From: an uncultured delta proteobacterium
Lineage (GTDB): Bacteria; Desulfobacterota; Desulfuromonadia; Geobacterales; Pseudopelobacteraceae
Length of the DNA stretch: 58,284 nt
Assembly (NCBI GenBank): GCA_963772835.1
Contig: CAVYYZ010000023.1
Location: 1-58,284, forward strand
Direction of reading: 5' to 3'
This document shows positions 27,844-37,535 of the stretch, piece by piece. The translations under genes and the position numbers were made by a program. The number at the start of each line of letters is the position of its first letter. Position 1 is the first letter of the stretch. Below the pieces are notes generated by a model that searched no databases, was not told where the DNA came from, and was given only the letters and a program-made list of their open reading frames with translations.

Positions 27844-28602
27844 ATGTTAAAAGCAATTATAACCCGTTTTCGTCAGGGACATCGCACCATGAAGTATCCT
27901 GATGCCCCGCAGCCGGTGCCTCCGCGATTTCGCGGGCTGCCGCTGCTTGATCCTTCCCGGTGCGATGACGGCTGCCGCGCATGCGCCGCCGCCTGTCCGT
28001 ATGGTGCAATTTCCGCTTCCGGTGAATTGAATCTCGATATGGGAAAGTGTCTTTTCTGCGATGACTGTACTGCGGCATGTCCCGGTGATGCGATCGTCTT
28101 TTCAACGGATGCCCGTCTTGCCAGCCGCAGTCGCGAAGGATTGACCGTGAACGCCGGCACACTGTATCAACCGGCAGGGGCGCTGGAAGGTGAAATGCTG
28201 CGCCTTTTCGGACGGTCGCTCAAGTTGCGTGAAGTCAGCGCCGGCGGCTGCAATGCCTGTGAGGCTGATACCAATGTACTCTCGACCATAGGGTGGGATC
28301 TGGGGCGGTTCGGCATCCAGTTTGTTGCCAGTCCGCGTCACGCCGATGGATTGTTTGTGACCGGTCCGGTCAGTGAAAACATGCGCCTTGCTCTGCTGGA
28401 CACCTATGCGGCAATCCCGGAACCCAGACTGGTTATCGTTGCCGGTGCCTGCGCGATAAACGGAGGTCCGTTCAAGGACCACGCCGAGGTGCATAACGGC
28501 GCTGACGGCCTTGTGCCGGTAGATCTCTATATTCCCGGGTGTCCTCCGAATCCTTTGACAATTCTGGACGGATTGCTGAGACTGGTGGGACGAGTTACAT
28601 AA
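27844..28602 (+). CDS. ehrS: Ehr small subunit: 2x[4Fe-4S] ferredoxin fused to a NuoB/HyfI-like domain
   Basis: CRACAAACP, CLFCDDCTAACP, GGCNACE, SPRHAD, GACA and IPGCPP. Confidence 0.92.
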   Translation: MLKAIITRFRQGHRTMKYPDAPQPVPPRFRGLPLLDPSRCDDGCRACAAACPYGAISASGELNLDMGKCLFCDDCTAACPGDAIVFSTDARLASRSREGLTVNAGTLYQPAGALEGEMLRLFGRSLKLREVSAGGCNACEADTNVLSTIGWDLGRFGIQFVASPRHADGLFVTGPVSENMRLALLDTYAAIPEPRLVIVAGACAINGGPFKDHAEVHNGADGLVPVDLYIPGCPPNPLTILDGLLRLVGRVT

Positions 28603-28646
28603 TACCGTAAAAAGGACACGTACTTCATATTCAAAGGAGCTTCTGA

Positions 28647-30092
28647 ATGAACCAGCACACGCAGGAAACCTATCTGCAGGAATGGAAAGAACAAGAAACC
28701 TGTGCCGAACAGATGCTGCCGATTATCGGCAGACTGTACCGTGATCATAATATTATTCTGACCCTGTACGGGCGCACTCTTGTGCACAGCACGGTTATTG
28801 ATATTCTAAAAGCGCACCGCTTTGCCCGCATGATTCTCGACGCCGACCTCAGTGTCATGGAAACCTTTCCGCTTCTTGCGGCAATGGATAAACTTGACCT
28901 TGCTCCGGGGAGGGTCGACCTTGGGAAATTGACCATTCAGTACCAGAAAGTGGCAGGCAAACTTTCAGTTGATGAATTTATCACACAGGAACTGGCACGC
29001 ATCAACACCGGTCGCGGATCAGTGCGTGCGGAGCCTCAGGATATTGTCCTGTACGGCTTCGGCCGCATCGGAAGACTGCTGGCCCGCATCCTGATTGAAA
29101 AGTCAGGAAGCGGCGAAAAACTGAGGATCAGAGCGGCGGTGGTTCGCAAGGGCGGGGCGGATGACCTTTTGAAGCGCGCCAGCCTGCTTCGCAGAGATTC
29201 TGTTCATGGCCACTTCAACGGTATCATTACGATAGACGAGGAGGAAAACGCCATCATTGCCAACGGCAACATGATCCGGATCATTTACGCGGATGCTCCG
29301 GAACTTGTTGATTACACCCAGTATGGAATCCACGATGCGATCCTGATTGATAATACCGGCAAGTGGCGTGACCGTGACGGACTCGGGCGGCATCTGCTTG
29401 CCCCCGGCATTGCGAAAGTAATTCTGACCGCTCCCGGCAAGGGGGATATTCCCAATGTTGTCGCCGGCATTAACAATCATCTCATAACCGATCAGGAACG
29501 GATATTCTCCGCAGCCAGCTGCACGACCAATGCGGTCGTTCCAATCATGAAGGCGATCAATGACCGTTTCGGCATCGTTCACGGCCACCTGGAAACCTGC
29601 CATTCCTACACCAACGACCAGAACCTGATCGACAATTATCACAAGGCCTCGCGGCGTGGGCGCAGCGCTCCTCTGAATATGGTTATCACAGAAACCGGCG
29701 CTGCCAAAGCGGTTGCCAAAGTGATTCCGGAGCTGACCGGAAAACTGACCGGAAACGCAATCCGTGTTCCGACACCGAATGTTTCTCTGGCAATCATGAA
29801 CCTTGAACTGGCCCATCCGGTTGACGTTGAAATAATCAACAGCTATCTGCGCAATATGTCGCTTGATTCTCCACTACAGAACCAGATTGATTTCACCAAT
29901 TCCCCCGAAGTCGTATCGAGCGATTTTGTCGGCTCGCGTCATGCCGGTGTCGTCGATTCATTGGCGACAATTGCCGAAGGAAACCGGTGTGTCCTGTATG
30001 TCTGGTACGATAATGAATTCGGTTACAGCTGTCAGGTCGTCCGCATGGTTCAGCAGATGGCAGGATTGGAACTGCCGACTCTGCCGAATTGA
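28647..30092 (+). CDS. gap: Glyceraldehyde-3-phosphate dehydrogenase (long form with N-terminal extension)
   Basis: GFGRIGR, DSVHG, ASCTTN, RVPTPNVS and WYDNEFGYS. Confidence 0.96.
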   Translation: MNQHTQETYLQEWKEQETCAEQMLPIIGRLYRDHNIILTLYGRTLVHSTVIDILKAHRFARMILDADLSVMETFPLLAAMDKLDLAPGRVDLGKLTIQYQKVAGKLSVDEFITQELARINTGRGSVRAEPQDIVLYGFGRIGRLLARILIEKSGSGEKLRIRAAVVRKGGADDLLKRASLLRRDSVHGHFNGIITIDEEENAIIANGNMIRIIYADAPELVDYTQYGIHDAILIDNTGKWRDRDGLGRHLLAPGIAKVILTAPGKGDIPNVVAGINNHLITDQERIFSAASCTTNAVVPIMKAINDRFGIVHGHLETCHSYTNDQNLIDNYHKASRRGRSAPLNMVITETGAAKAVAKVIPELTGKLTGNAIRVPTPNVSLAIMNLELAHPVDVEIINSYLRNMSLDSPLQNQIDFTNSPEVVSSDFVGSRHAGVVDSLATIAEGNRCVLYVWYDNEFGYSCQVVRMVQQMAGLELPTLPN

Positions 30093-30140
30093 TATTTTTC
30101 ACATCTGACCGGTGGCGTTACATTGCCAAGGAGTGTTTGT

Positions 30141-30851
30141 ATGACTTTACAGAGCAGGGGTTCCCGAACAGGGCGTGACCACAGCGCCCATTTTGAACGT
30201 CTGGTTTCAGACGGTGGTCATGACAGTAATCCGCTGATGATTGAATACCGGCTGCTGTATGACGAATACTGCGCTCTGAAACAGAGGGTGCAGTTGCTTG
30301 AAAAGGAAAAAAACGGCCTGAAAACGCAGCTTGGTGAGATGGATCGCTCTCTTGATCTGGCTACAAGGATCGATCCGATGACCGGATTGGCAAACCGGCG
30401 TGATATCATGGAAAAAATGGAGCGGGAGTTGAGCCGCTCCGAGCGTCACCAGAGACTGTTTTCTGTCATGCTTGTCGATCTGGACAACTTCAAACAGCTG
30501 AATGAAAAGTACGGGTACAATGACGGAGATGATGTCCTGGTAGAAGTGGCCCGCGTGCTGATGAGCTGTGTCAGGAATGAGGATGTCTGTGCCCGGTGGG
30601 GAGGAGAGGAGTTTCTCTTTCTGCTTACGGAGACGAACAACGAAGGTGCCTCGACGTTAGCCCGCAAGATCCTTGACTCGATTTCGATGACTGAATTCAA
30701 GGCCAACCGTCCCGGAATCCGTATTACTGCGAGTATCGGTCTGTGTGAATATCAGGTCGGGCAGACAATCTATGAATGCGTGTCACGGGCTGATCATGCG
30801 CTTCGCGAGGCGAAACAGGGCGGTAAGAACCGTTTTGTCGTTGCGGCCTGA
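30141..30851 (+). CDS. Diguanylate cyclase (coiled coil + GGDEF; SiaD-like architecture)
   Basis: DPMTGLANRR, DLDNFK, RNED I-site and RWGGEEF. AGGAG RBS before ATG 30141. Confidence 0.93.
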   Translation: MTLQSRGSRTGRDHSAHFERLVSDGGHDSNPLMIEYRLLYDEYCALKQRVQLLEKEKNGLKTQLGEMDRSLDLATRIDPMTGLANRRDIMEKMERELSRSERHQRLFSVMLVDLDNFKQLNEKYGYNDGDDVLVEVARVLMSCVRNEDVCARWGGEEFLFLLTETNNEGASTLARKILDSISMTEFKANRPGIRITASIGLCEYQVGQTIYECVSRADHALREAKQGGKNRFVVAA

Positions 30852-30862
30852 ATAACGGCGCG

Positions 30863-31198
30863 TTAGCTGCCGCCGAAATGAACCGCCAGCCAGATCGTTT
30901 TCTGTCCTGTATCGGTTCGCTCCACCCGATGGCGGCAGCCGGCAGGAATCAACATATGATCGCCGGGCTTTAAAATCCGGGGCGCGATATCGCTTTCAAA
31001 AAGGAGAGACGCCCCTCCGGAAATCAGCAGCACCCACTCTTCCCACCCCTGCTCGTACCACTCGCCGGGCGGGGTTGCATGTCCGTCGGAAATGATCCGC
31101 TCAATTCGTACCGTTCCCGATTTCGCCAGAGTTTGAAATAACTCTTCATGAAGTGAGGAAGGGATGTCGCCAAAAATATTACCTGCCTCAAGTGCCAT
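30863..31198 (-). CDS. Cupin domain protein
   Basis: IERIIS.GH.TP..EWY.Q..EEWV, LKPGD..IPA..RHRV and TIWLAVH. Confidence 0.88.
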   Translation of the reverse strand: MALEAGNIFGDIPSSLHEELFQTLAKSGTVRIERIISDGHATPPGEWYEQGWEEWVLLISGGASLLFESDIAPRILKPGDHMLIPAGCRHRVERTDTGQKTIWLAVHFGGS

Positions 31199-31204
31199 TG
31201 CTGT

Positions 31205-31912
31205 TCAGGGTCTCTTCGGGGCTTTCTTCTTTGGATCTTCAGGCACCGGCACTGCCGGCGGGGCTTCAATTCCGGTCGGTTTTTCCGGCTGGGCGGAAAG
31301 ACGGGCATTTTCAGCTTTCAACTCCTCCAGTTTTTGAGACAATTCAAGCTGTTCGATCTTGAGTTTGTCAGCTCTGTTTCGCTCTCCGGTCAGTTGATCT
31401 ACCTGAGATTGCAGAGTCGCCTTTTCAATTTTAATAATTTCCAGTTCATTGCTTGTTTTACGGTATGCTTCAGCTTCCGCACGCAATTTTCTCAGTTCAG
31501 CCATGCGCTCTTCAAATAATTTCAGTCTGCCGGATACGGCGGCATACTGCTTTTCTATCGCCTCCAATTCGGCTGCTGCCCTGACTGATTCAACCCGTGA
31601 AAGCGCCGTTGCTGTTGCAAGTTCAGCCATGTCCACGGAGAGTTTAATCTCTTTTTCTGTCTCCGGGCTTACGTCGCCAAAGCCGAACATCGACCTGCCG
31701 GACTTGTGAATCTCGTCAGCATCTTTCAATGCGGTTTTTGCCCGCTCCAGGTCAGCTGCGGACTCTTTATTTCCTTCCGTCTTCCACGCTGCAGCTTCGA
31801 TGGCAGCCCGAGCCGCATCGAGTTGGACTAAGGTCCTGCTTTTTTCCGCAGCTCCGGCGTCCGAGACCGTTATGCAGAAAATGGAGATACAAAAGAGGGT
31901 TGCCCATTTCAT
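31205..31912 (-). CDS. Exported coiled-coil protein (DUF4398-like N-terminus)
   Basis: Signal peptide MKWATLFC..AGA, followed by a long heptad-rich helix. Confidence 0.7.
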   Translation of the reverse strand: MKWATLFCISIFCITVSDAGAAEKSRTLVQLDAARAAIEAAAWKTEGNKESAADLERAKTALKDADEIHKSGRSMFGFGDVSPETEKEIKLSVDMAELATATALSRVESVRAAAELEAIEKQYAAVSGRLKLFEERMAELRKLRAEAEAYRKTSNELEIIKIEKATLQSQVDQLTGERNRADKLKIEQLELSQKLEELKAENARLSAQPEKPTGIEAPPAVPVPEDPKKKAPKRP

Positions 31913-31913
31913 T

Positions 31914-32297
31914 TCAGTTCTCCTCTCCCTGACGAAATCGCTCCAGTCGGGCCTCAAGTTTTTTCAACTCCGAGCGGCGCACGGCAACCTTTTCCAGAAG
32001 TTCTTTTTCAGTACCTTTAGCCTCTGCGGCAGTTAACTGAATATCTGCCATTTCTATCTGCCGTGCCGCCAGTTTTTCTTTTCCGGCGGCACTGCTGATC
32101 TTTGCCTCAGCGATGCTTGATTTTGCCCCGTCCAGAAGCTCTTTAGCGTACTCGCCCGCGGCGGATGCCGCGGCTTTCATGGCCCGTTGATCAAGGTGGG
32201 CCAGTCGGGCTTCAGGTGCGGTCGGCGCAGAGGCGGCCAGTGAAAACGTCGAATAAAACAACAGAGCAATGCCGGCTGATATGGCTATTCGTTGCAT
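31914..32297 (-). CDS. Exported alanine-rich helical protein (DUF4398-like)
   Basis: Signal peptide; AGEYAKELL..A..A pattern. Coupled to the downstream gene. Confidence 0.65.
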   Translation of the reverse strand: MQRIAISAGIALLFYSTFSLAASAPTAPEARLAHLDQRAMKAAASAAGEYAKELLDGAKSSIAEAKISSAAGKEKLAARQIEMADIQLTAAEAKGTEKELLEKVAVRRSELKKLEARLERFRQGEEN

Positions 32298-32582
32298 GTG
32301 TAGTCGCCCCTTACCGTTTTTCGAGATAGTACCACCGAATGATTAAAATTCAACTACAAAGTAAAGGGTTTTTTATGATAAAAAACCGGCATATGCTGTC
32401 CTTGAAACAGAAATATATCGATCTCAACATTATTCTGGTCTGTTGCCATTTGCTTTGCTAAAATCCTGTGCCGTTTCACAGTACTGGCGCGCCATGATTC
32501 GGGAACCGCAGCGTCGGTTCCGGCCTGTTTATGGATTGCGGTCATGAGGGCCGGCCTGTGATGGAGAAAAAGGGGGAGTACA

Positions 32583-33566
32583 ATGCCTGAAAAACCGAAA
32601 CTGGCCATCTACTGGGGCGCTTCCTGCGGTGGCTGTGAAGTTTCCGTTATTAATCTGCACGAAAAACTACTGGATCTTGATGCAGCCATGGACCTCATGT
32701 TCTGCCCCTGTTTGATGGATACCAAAAAGAAAGATATTGAAGCACTCCCCGACCGGGATATAGCGGTAACGCTCTTCAACGGTGCCCTCCGTACCGGGGA
32801 AAATGTTGAAATGGCACACCTGCTGCGAAGAAAATCCCGGCTTCTGGTTGCTTTCGGATCCTGCGCTAAAGGAGGATGTATACCGGCTCTGGCCAATTTT
32901 ACCACGAAAGATGAGCTGCTGAAAACAATCTACCTCGACAGCCCCTCGGCTGACAATCCCGAAGCCAAAACCCCATCAGGCACAACCCGCTTTCCTGAAG
33001 GAGATATCACCCTGACACCGCTCCTGGATCGCGTGAAACATCTTTCCCAGGAGGTGGCGGTGGATTACTCTATCCCCGGATGCCCTCCGGAATCCCACCA
33101 GATATGGAATATGATCGAAATGCTCCTCTCCGGCAGCCTCCCCCCCGCGGGGAGCACTCTCGGATGTGGCTCTCTGACGGTATGTGACAACTGCGAGCGC
33201 ACCAAAGAGGAGAAGCGTATCTCCGCCTTCCGTCGGACGTACGAGTTCTACCCCGACCCGAACGTCTGCCTGCTTGAACAGGGGCTGATCTGTATGGGTA
33301 TTGCCACCCGCAGCGGCTGCGGGGCTCCCTGCACCAAAGCCGGCATGCCCTGTACCGGCTGTTACGGTGCCCCGGAAGGTGTCAGCGACCAGGGGGCTAA
33401 AATGGTTGCGGCACTCGGCTCTGTCATGGATATCGGAGACACGACCGGTCTGTCGGAAGAGGCGATCGCAGGGAGGGTCGATGCCTTTCTGAAATCAATT
33501 CCCGATTATGCGGGATTGTTCTACAAATACACCCTGGCCAGTTCGACGTTGGGTGGTGCGAGATGA
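32583..33566 (+). CDS. mvhG: Group 3c (F420-non-reducing, Mvh) [NiFe]-hydrogenase small subunit
   Basis: SCGGCE, FGSCA, PGCPP, VCDNC, CLLEQG.ICMG..T.SGCGAPC and PCTGC. Confidence 0.92.
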   Translation: MPEKPKLAIYWGASCGGCEVSVINLHEKLLDLDAAMDLMFCPCLMDTKKKDIEALPDRDIAVTLFNGALRTGENVEMAHLLRRKSRLLVAFGSCAKGGCIPALANFTTKDELLKTIYLDSPSADNPEAKTPSGTTRFPEGDITLTPLLDRVKHLSQEVAVDYSIPGCPPESHQIWNMIEMLLSGSLPPAGSTLGCGSLTVCDNCERTKEEKRISAFRRTYEFYPDPNVCLLEQGLICMGIATRSGCGAPCTKAGMPCTGCYGAPEGVSDQGAKMVAALGSVMDIGDTTGLSEEAIAGRVDAFLKSIPDYAGLFYKYTLASSTLGGAR

Positions 33567-35056
33567 CGCGGATTACGATTGACCCGATCACGCGCCTGGA
33601 AGGGCATGGCAGGATAGATATTTTTCTGGACGATCAGGGAGTGGTGGAGAATGCCACGTTCCAGATCCCGGAGCTTCGCGGCTTCGAGCAGTTCTGCGTC
33701 GGGCGGATGGCCGAGGAGATGCCGGTAATCACCAACCGGATCTGCGGCGTCTGTCCGGAAGCACATCATCTGGCGGCAACAAAGGCACTGGATGCTGTTT
33801 TCGGCACCGAACCGACATCTGCGGCAAAGAAGCTGCGCGAACTGCTCTACATGACCTTTTTTGTAACCGATCACACCACTCACTTTTATGCCCTTGGCGG
33901 GCCGGACTTCATCGTCGGTCCGGATGCCCCCCCTTCCGAGCGCAATATTCTGGGGGTGGCACGAAAGGTGGGGGTGGAAGTGGCCGGTGAAGTAATCGCC
34001 TGCCGCAAGCGGAACCATGAGATCATCGCCTTTCTGGGCGGCAAGTCGATCCATCCGGTGGCGGGGGTTCCCGGCGGCTGGAGCCGTGCCATCACCACTG
34101 CTGAACGAGACCGGATTCAGGATGCGGCCCGCAGGAACGTGGAGTTTGCTCTGTTCTCGCTGTCGCTCTTCGAAAAAATCGTCCTGAAGAATCCGGTCTA
34201 CCGGGAGATGATTTCCTCGGACACTTACCTGCACCGCACGTATTCCATGGGAACCGTTGACACCGGCAATCAGGCCAATTTCTATGACGGCCTGATCCGG
34301 GTGATGGATCCGGAGGGGAACGAGTTTGTAAAATACCACCCTTCCGAATATCGCGAACATATTGCCGAAAGGGTCGAAACCTGGACCTATCTGAAATATC
34401 CCTACCTGAAAAAGGTGGGGTGGAAGGGGCTTGTCGATGGCATGGAGAGCGGGGTTTACACCGCCACTCCGCTGTCGCGTCTGAATGTGTCGGAAGGTAT
34501 GGCTACTCCACTGGCACATGCCGAGTACCAGCGGATGTACGAAACTTTCGGGTGCAAAAAAATCACCGATGCCCGCTATGAGCCGATTCATCACCGAATG
34601 GCCACCCACTGGGCGCGGCTGATTGAACTTCTCTACGCTGCCGAACATATGCTGGAACTGGCGCTTGACCCTGAGATCACGTCGCCGGAGACCCGTAACA
34701 TTCCCGATCCGGCCCGGTTTGTCGGTGAGGGGATCGGTTCGGTCGAAGCTCCGCGGGGGACGCTCACGCATCATTATGTCACCGATGAACGGGGGGTGCT
34801 GACAAAGGTCAATATGATCGTCGGTACGACCAACAACTATGCCCCTATCTCCATGTCGATCAAGCGTGCCGCCGAAAAACTGATCACCAGTAACGCGCCC
34901 GAGGAGTCGATCCTCAACAGAATCGAGATGGCGTTCCGGCTCTACGACCCCTGCTTTTCCTGCGCCACACATTTTCTGCCCGGCAAGATGCCGCTGACAG
35001 TCTCGCTGCGTGATAGTCAGGGTGAGGTGCTGAGAGAGATGCGGAGGAAGAGATGA
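33563..35056 (+). CDS. mvhA: Group 3c [NiFe]-hydrogenase large subunit
   Basis: ITRLEGH, L1 RICGVCPEAHH, EAPRG and L2 YDPCFSCATH with a C-terminal extension. Confidence 0.95.
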   Translation: MTRITIDPITRLEGHGRIDIFLDDQGVVENATFQIPELRGFEQFCVGRMAEEMPVITNRICGVCPEAHHLAATKALDAVFGTEPTSAAKKLRELLYMTFFVTDHTTHFYALGGPDFIVGPDAPPSERNILGVARKVGVEVAGEVIACRKRNHEIIAFLGGKSIHPVAGVPGGWSRAITTAERDRIQDAARRNVEFALFSLSLFEKIVLKNPVYREMISSDTYLHRTYSMGTVDTGNQANFYDGLIRVMDPEGNEFVKYHPSEYREHIAERVETWTYLKYPYLKKVGWKGLVDGMESGVYTATPLSRLNVSEGMATPLAHAEYQRMYETFGCKKITDARYEPIHHRMATHWARLIELLYAAEHMLELALDPEITSPETRNIPDPARFVGEGIGSVEAPRGTLTHHYVTDERGVLTKVNMIVGTTNNYAPISMSIKRAAEKLITSNAPEESILNRIEMAFRLYDPCFSCATHFLPGKMPLTVSLRDSQGEVLREMRRKR

Positions 35057-35589
35057 GAGAAGCTGCGATACATCCGGATTCCTCCTTCTCCCCTGGGAGG
35101 GCGGGCCGGTGCGGGGCAACGGGAACGGTCATCATAGGGATGGGAAATCCGCTGCTCTCCGATGATGGTGTCGGCATTGCGGTTGCCACTGCCGTGGCGG
35201 AACGTCTGCAGAGTCGTATGGACCTGACTCTGCTGGAGTTGCACATTGGCGGCATACGGCTGATGGAGGCCATGGCCGGTTTCAAACGGGCAGTGGTGGT
35301 GGACGCCATGCTGAGCGGAGCCCGTCCCGGCACTCTGCGCTGTTTTGACCACCACGAATTTGTTACCACCAAGAATACGTTTTCCAGTCACGACACCGAT
35401 TTTGCAACGGCCTTTGATCTGGGGAGGTTGACAGGCGTTCCTCTTCCTGACCAGGTCTCTTTCTGGGGTATCGAGGCGCGCGAGTTTGATCTTTTCGGCG
35501 AACGGTTCACCGATGAAGTGGCTGCGGCGGTTTCAGGTGCCGTGAACCGGATAGCTGCCCAGATTGCGGAATGGGAGGGAGTTGCATGA
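35053..35589 (+). CDS. Hydrogenase maturation protease
   Basis: IIGMGNPLLSDDGVG, VVDA and SSH. Confidence 0.93.
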   Translation: MREAAIHPDSSFSPGRAGRCGATGTVIIGMGNPLLSDDGVGIAVATAVAERLQSRMDLTLLELHIGGIRLMEAMAGFKRAVVVDAMLSGARPGTLRCFDHHEFVTTKNTFSSHDTDFATAFDLGRLTGVPLPDQVSFWGIEAREFDLFGERFTDEVAAAVSGAVNRIAAQIAEWEGVA

Positions 35590-37535
35590 AGATCGGCATT
35601 TATGTGTGCAACTGCGGCAGCAACATCGCGGAAAAGATCAGCTCCGAAGCGATCGTCGAAGCGGCACGGTCTTTCCCGGACACGCCATTCGTGAAAAACG
35701 TGGATTTTATCTGTTCGGTAGAGGGCAGACTGCAGTTCGAGGAGAGCTTGAAATTGGAAAAGCCGGACCGGGTTGTCGTTGCCGCCTGCTCCCCCCGCGA
35801 CCACGAGTCCACGTTCCGCCGCTGTCTGACCAATGCGGGTATGAACCCCTATCTGCTGCAGTCCGTGAATATCCGTGAGCAGATCGCCTGGGTGACGGAA
35901 GATCCTGACGTCGCGACTGAAAAGGCCATTCGTGCTATCCGGGGGGCGGTTTGCAGGGTGAAGCTGCAGCAGCCGCTGGAAAAGAAACAGCTGGAGGCCT
36001 GCACCGATGCGCTGGTAGTCGGTGCGGGCCCGGCCGGCATGAAGGCGGCCCTGTCGCTGGCGGAAGCGGGAAGAACAGTCGTGCTGGTCGAGCGGACGCC
36101 GTATGTCGGCGGCCTTCCGGTACGTTTTGAGGAGGTATTCCCGGTTCTGGAGTGCGCACCGTGCATGCTGGAACCGTTAATGGGGGATCTGCTCCATGGT
36201 GAACATGACGGAAAAATTGAATTGATGACCATGTCTGAACTTGTCGAAGTGACCGGTTTTTATGGGAATTTTATTGTAAGGATACGGCAGAAACCGCGCC
36301 ATGTCTCGCTTCACACCTGTATCGGCTGCGGCGAGTGTGTGGAAGCCTGCCCCGCGACCATGATGAATGAATTCAACAGCAACGCCAGTGAGCGCAAGGC
36401 GATCGACTTCGCCTTCGCGGGAGTCCTGCCGAACGCCCCGTTCCTGGTGGAGGACGTCTGCGTCCGCTCAAGAGGCGAGGAGTGCCGGGCCTGCAAGGAT
36501 GCCTGTCCAATGGGCGAAGATGTCGTCAATCTGGAAGAGGTGGAGACGGTTGTCGAACGGAGAGTCGGCTCGATTATACTGGCAACCGGTGCTGCGCTGT
36601 ATGACGCTTCCCGGGTAATCGGCATGGGCATGGGGGCTTTTCCTGATGTCTATGATGCCCTTCAGTTCGAGCGGATGCTCTCATCAACCGGACCGACCGG
36701 CGGGGAGGTCGTGACCAGTGCCGGAATACCCCCTGCAACGGTGGCAATCATTCATTGTGTCGGCAGTCTCGATAGCGATCACCAGCCGTACTGTTCAGGA
36801 ATCTGCTGCCAGTACGCTTTCACGTTTAATCACCTGATAACGGCGAAACATCCGGATACGTCCATTACCCATTATCACCGTGAGCTGGTCGTGCCGGGCA
36901 AAGACGCGCATGCCCTGCTCCATCGTGCCGTTAAGAATAACACCTGCCTGAAACGGTACGACGCTATCACGGACCTTTCAGTTACTCAGAGTGAGAACGG
37001 CACTCTTCAGGTGAGTGTAAAGGGAGAGGCCGCTCCTGCGGATATGGTCATTCTCTGCCCGGCCGTGATTCCCGCGGAGGGGGCCGCCGCACTTTCTGCC
37101 ATGCTAGATGTCAGCAGAGATTCATACGGGTTTTTCCGGGAACTGCATGGCCGGCTTGACACGGCCCAGAGCAGCATCAAGGGTGTCTACCTGGCCGGTT
37201 CCTGTCAGGAGCCGATGGATATCAGGTCGGCGATGCTGGGAGGAATGGCGACTGTCGGTTATACACTGGCCGGACTCCAGCCGGGGCGTGCCATCGAGAT
37301 TGATCCTGTCAGCGCCGAGGTTGACGATGCCCGCTGTGCCGGCTGCCGTCTCTGCATGTCGGTCTGTCCGTACCGCGCCATCACGTTCAACACGGAGCAA
37401 AACGTGTCCAGCATCAACGCTGTGCTCTGCCATGGGTGCGGCACATGTGTAACTTCCTGTCCGGCAGGAGCGATTAAAGGTCACCACTTTACCAATGAGC
37501 AGATCATGGCAGAGATTGAAGGAGTTCTGAAATGA
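35586..37535 (+). CDS. hdrA: Heterodisulfide reductase subunit A-like flavo-iron-sulfur protein
   Basis: CNCG, AACSP, NIREQ, GAGPAG, inserted ferredoxin, CVGS..CSGICC and a C-terminal 2x[4Fe-4S] domain. ATGA overlap. Confidence 0.94.
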   Translation: MKIGIYVCNCGSNIAEKISSEAIVEAARSFPDTPFVKNVDFICSVEGRLQFEESLKLEKPDRVVVAACSPRDHESTFRRCLTNAGMNPYLLQSVNIREQIAWVTEDPDVATEKAIRAIRGAVCRVKLQQPLEKKQLEACTDALVVGAGPAGMKAALSLAEAGRTVVLVERTPYVGGLPVRFEEVFPVLECAPCMLEPLMGDLLHGEHDGKIELMTMSELVEVTGFYGNFIVRIRQKPRHVSLHTCIGCGECVEACPATMMNEFNSNASERKAIDFAFAGVLPNAPFLVEDVCVRSRGEECRACKDACPMGEDVVNLEEVETVVERRVGSIILATGAALYDASRVIGMGMGAFPDVYDALQFERMLSSTGPTGGEVVTSAGIPPATVAIIHCVGSLDSDHQPYCSGICCQYAFTFNHLITAKHPDTSITHYHRELVVPGKDAHALLHRAVKNNTCLKRYDAITDLSVTQSENGTLQVSVKGEAAPADMVILCPAVIPAEGAAALSAMLDVSRDSYGFFRELHGRLDTAQSSIKGVYLAGSCQEPMDIRSAMLGGMATVGYTLAGLQPGRAIEIDPVSAEVDDARCAGCRLCMSVCPYRAITFNTEQNVSSINAVLCHGCGTCVTSCPAGAIKGHHFTNEQIMAEIEGVLK

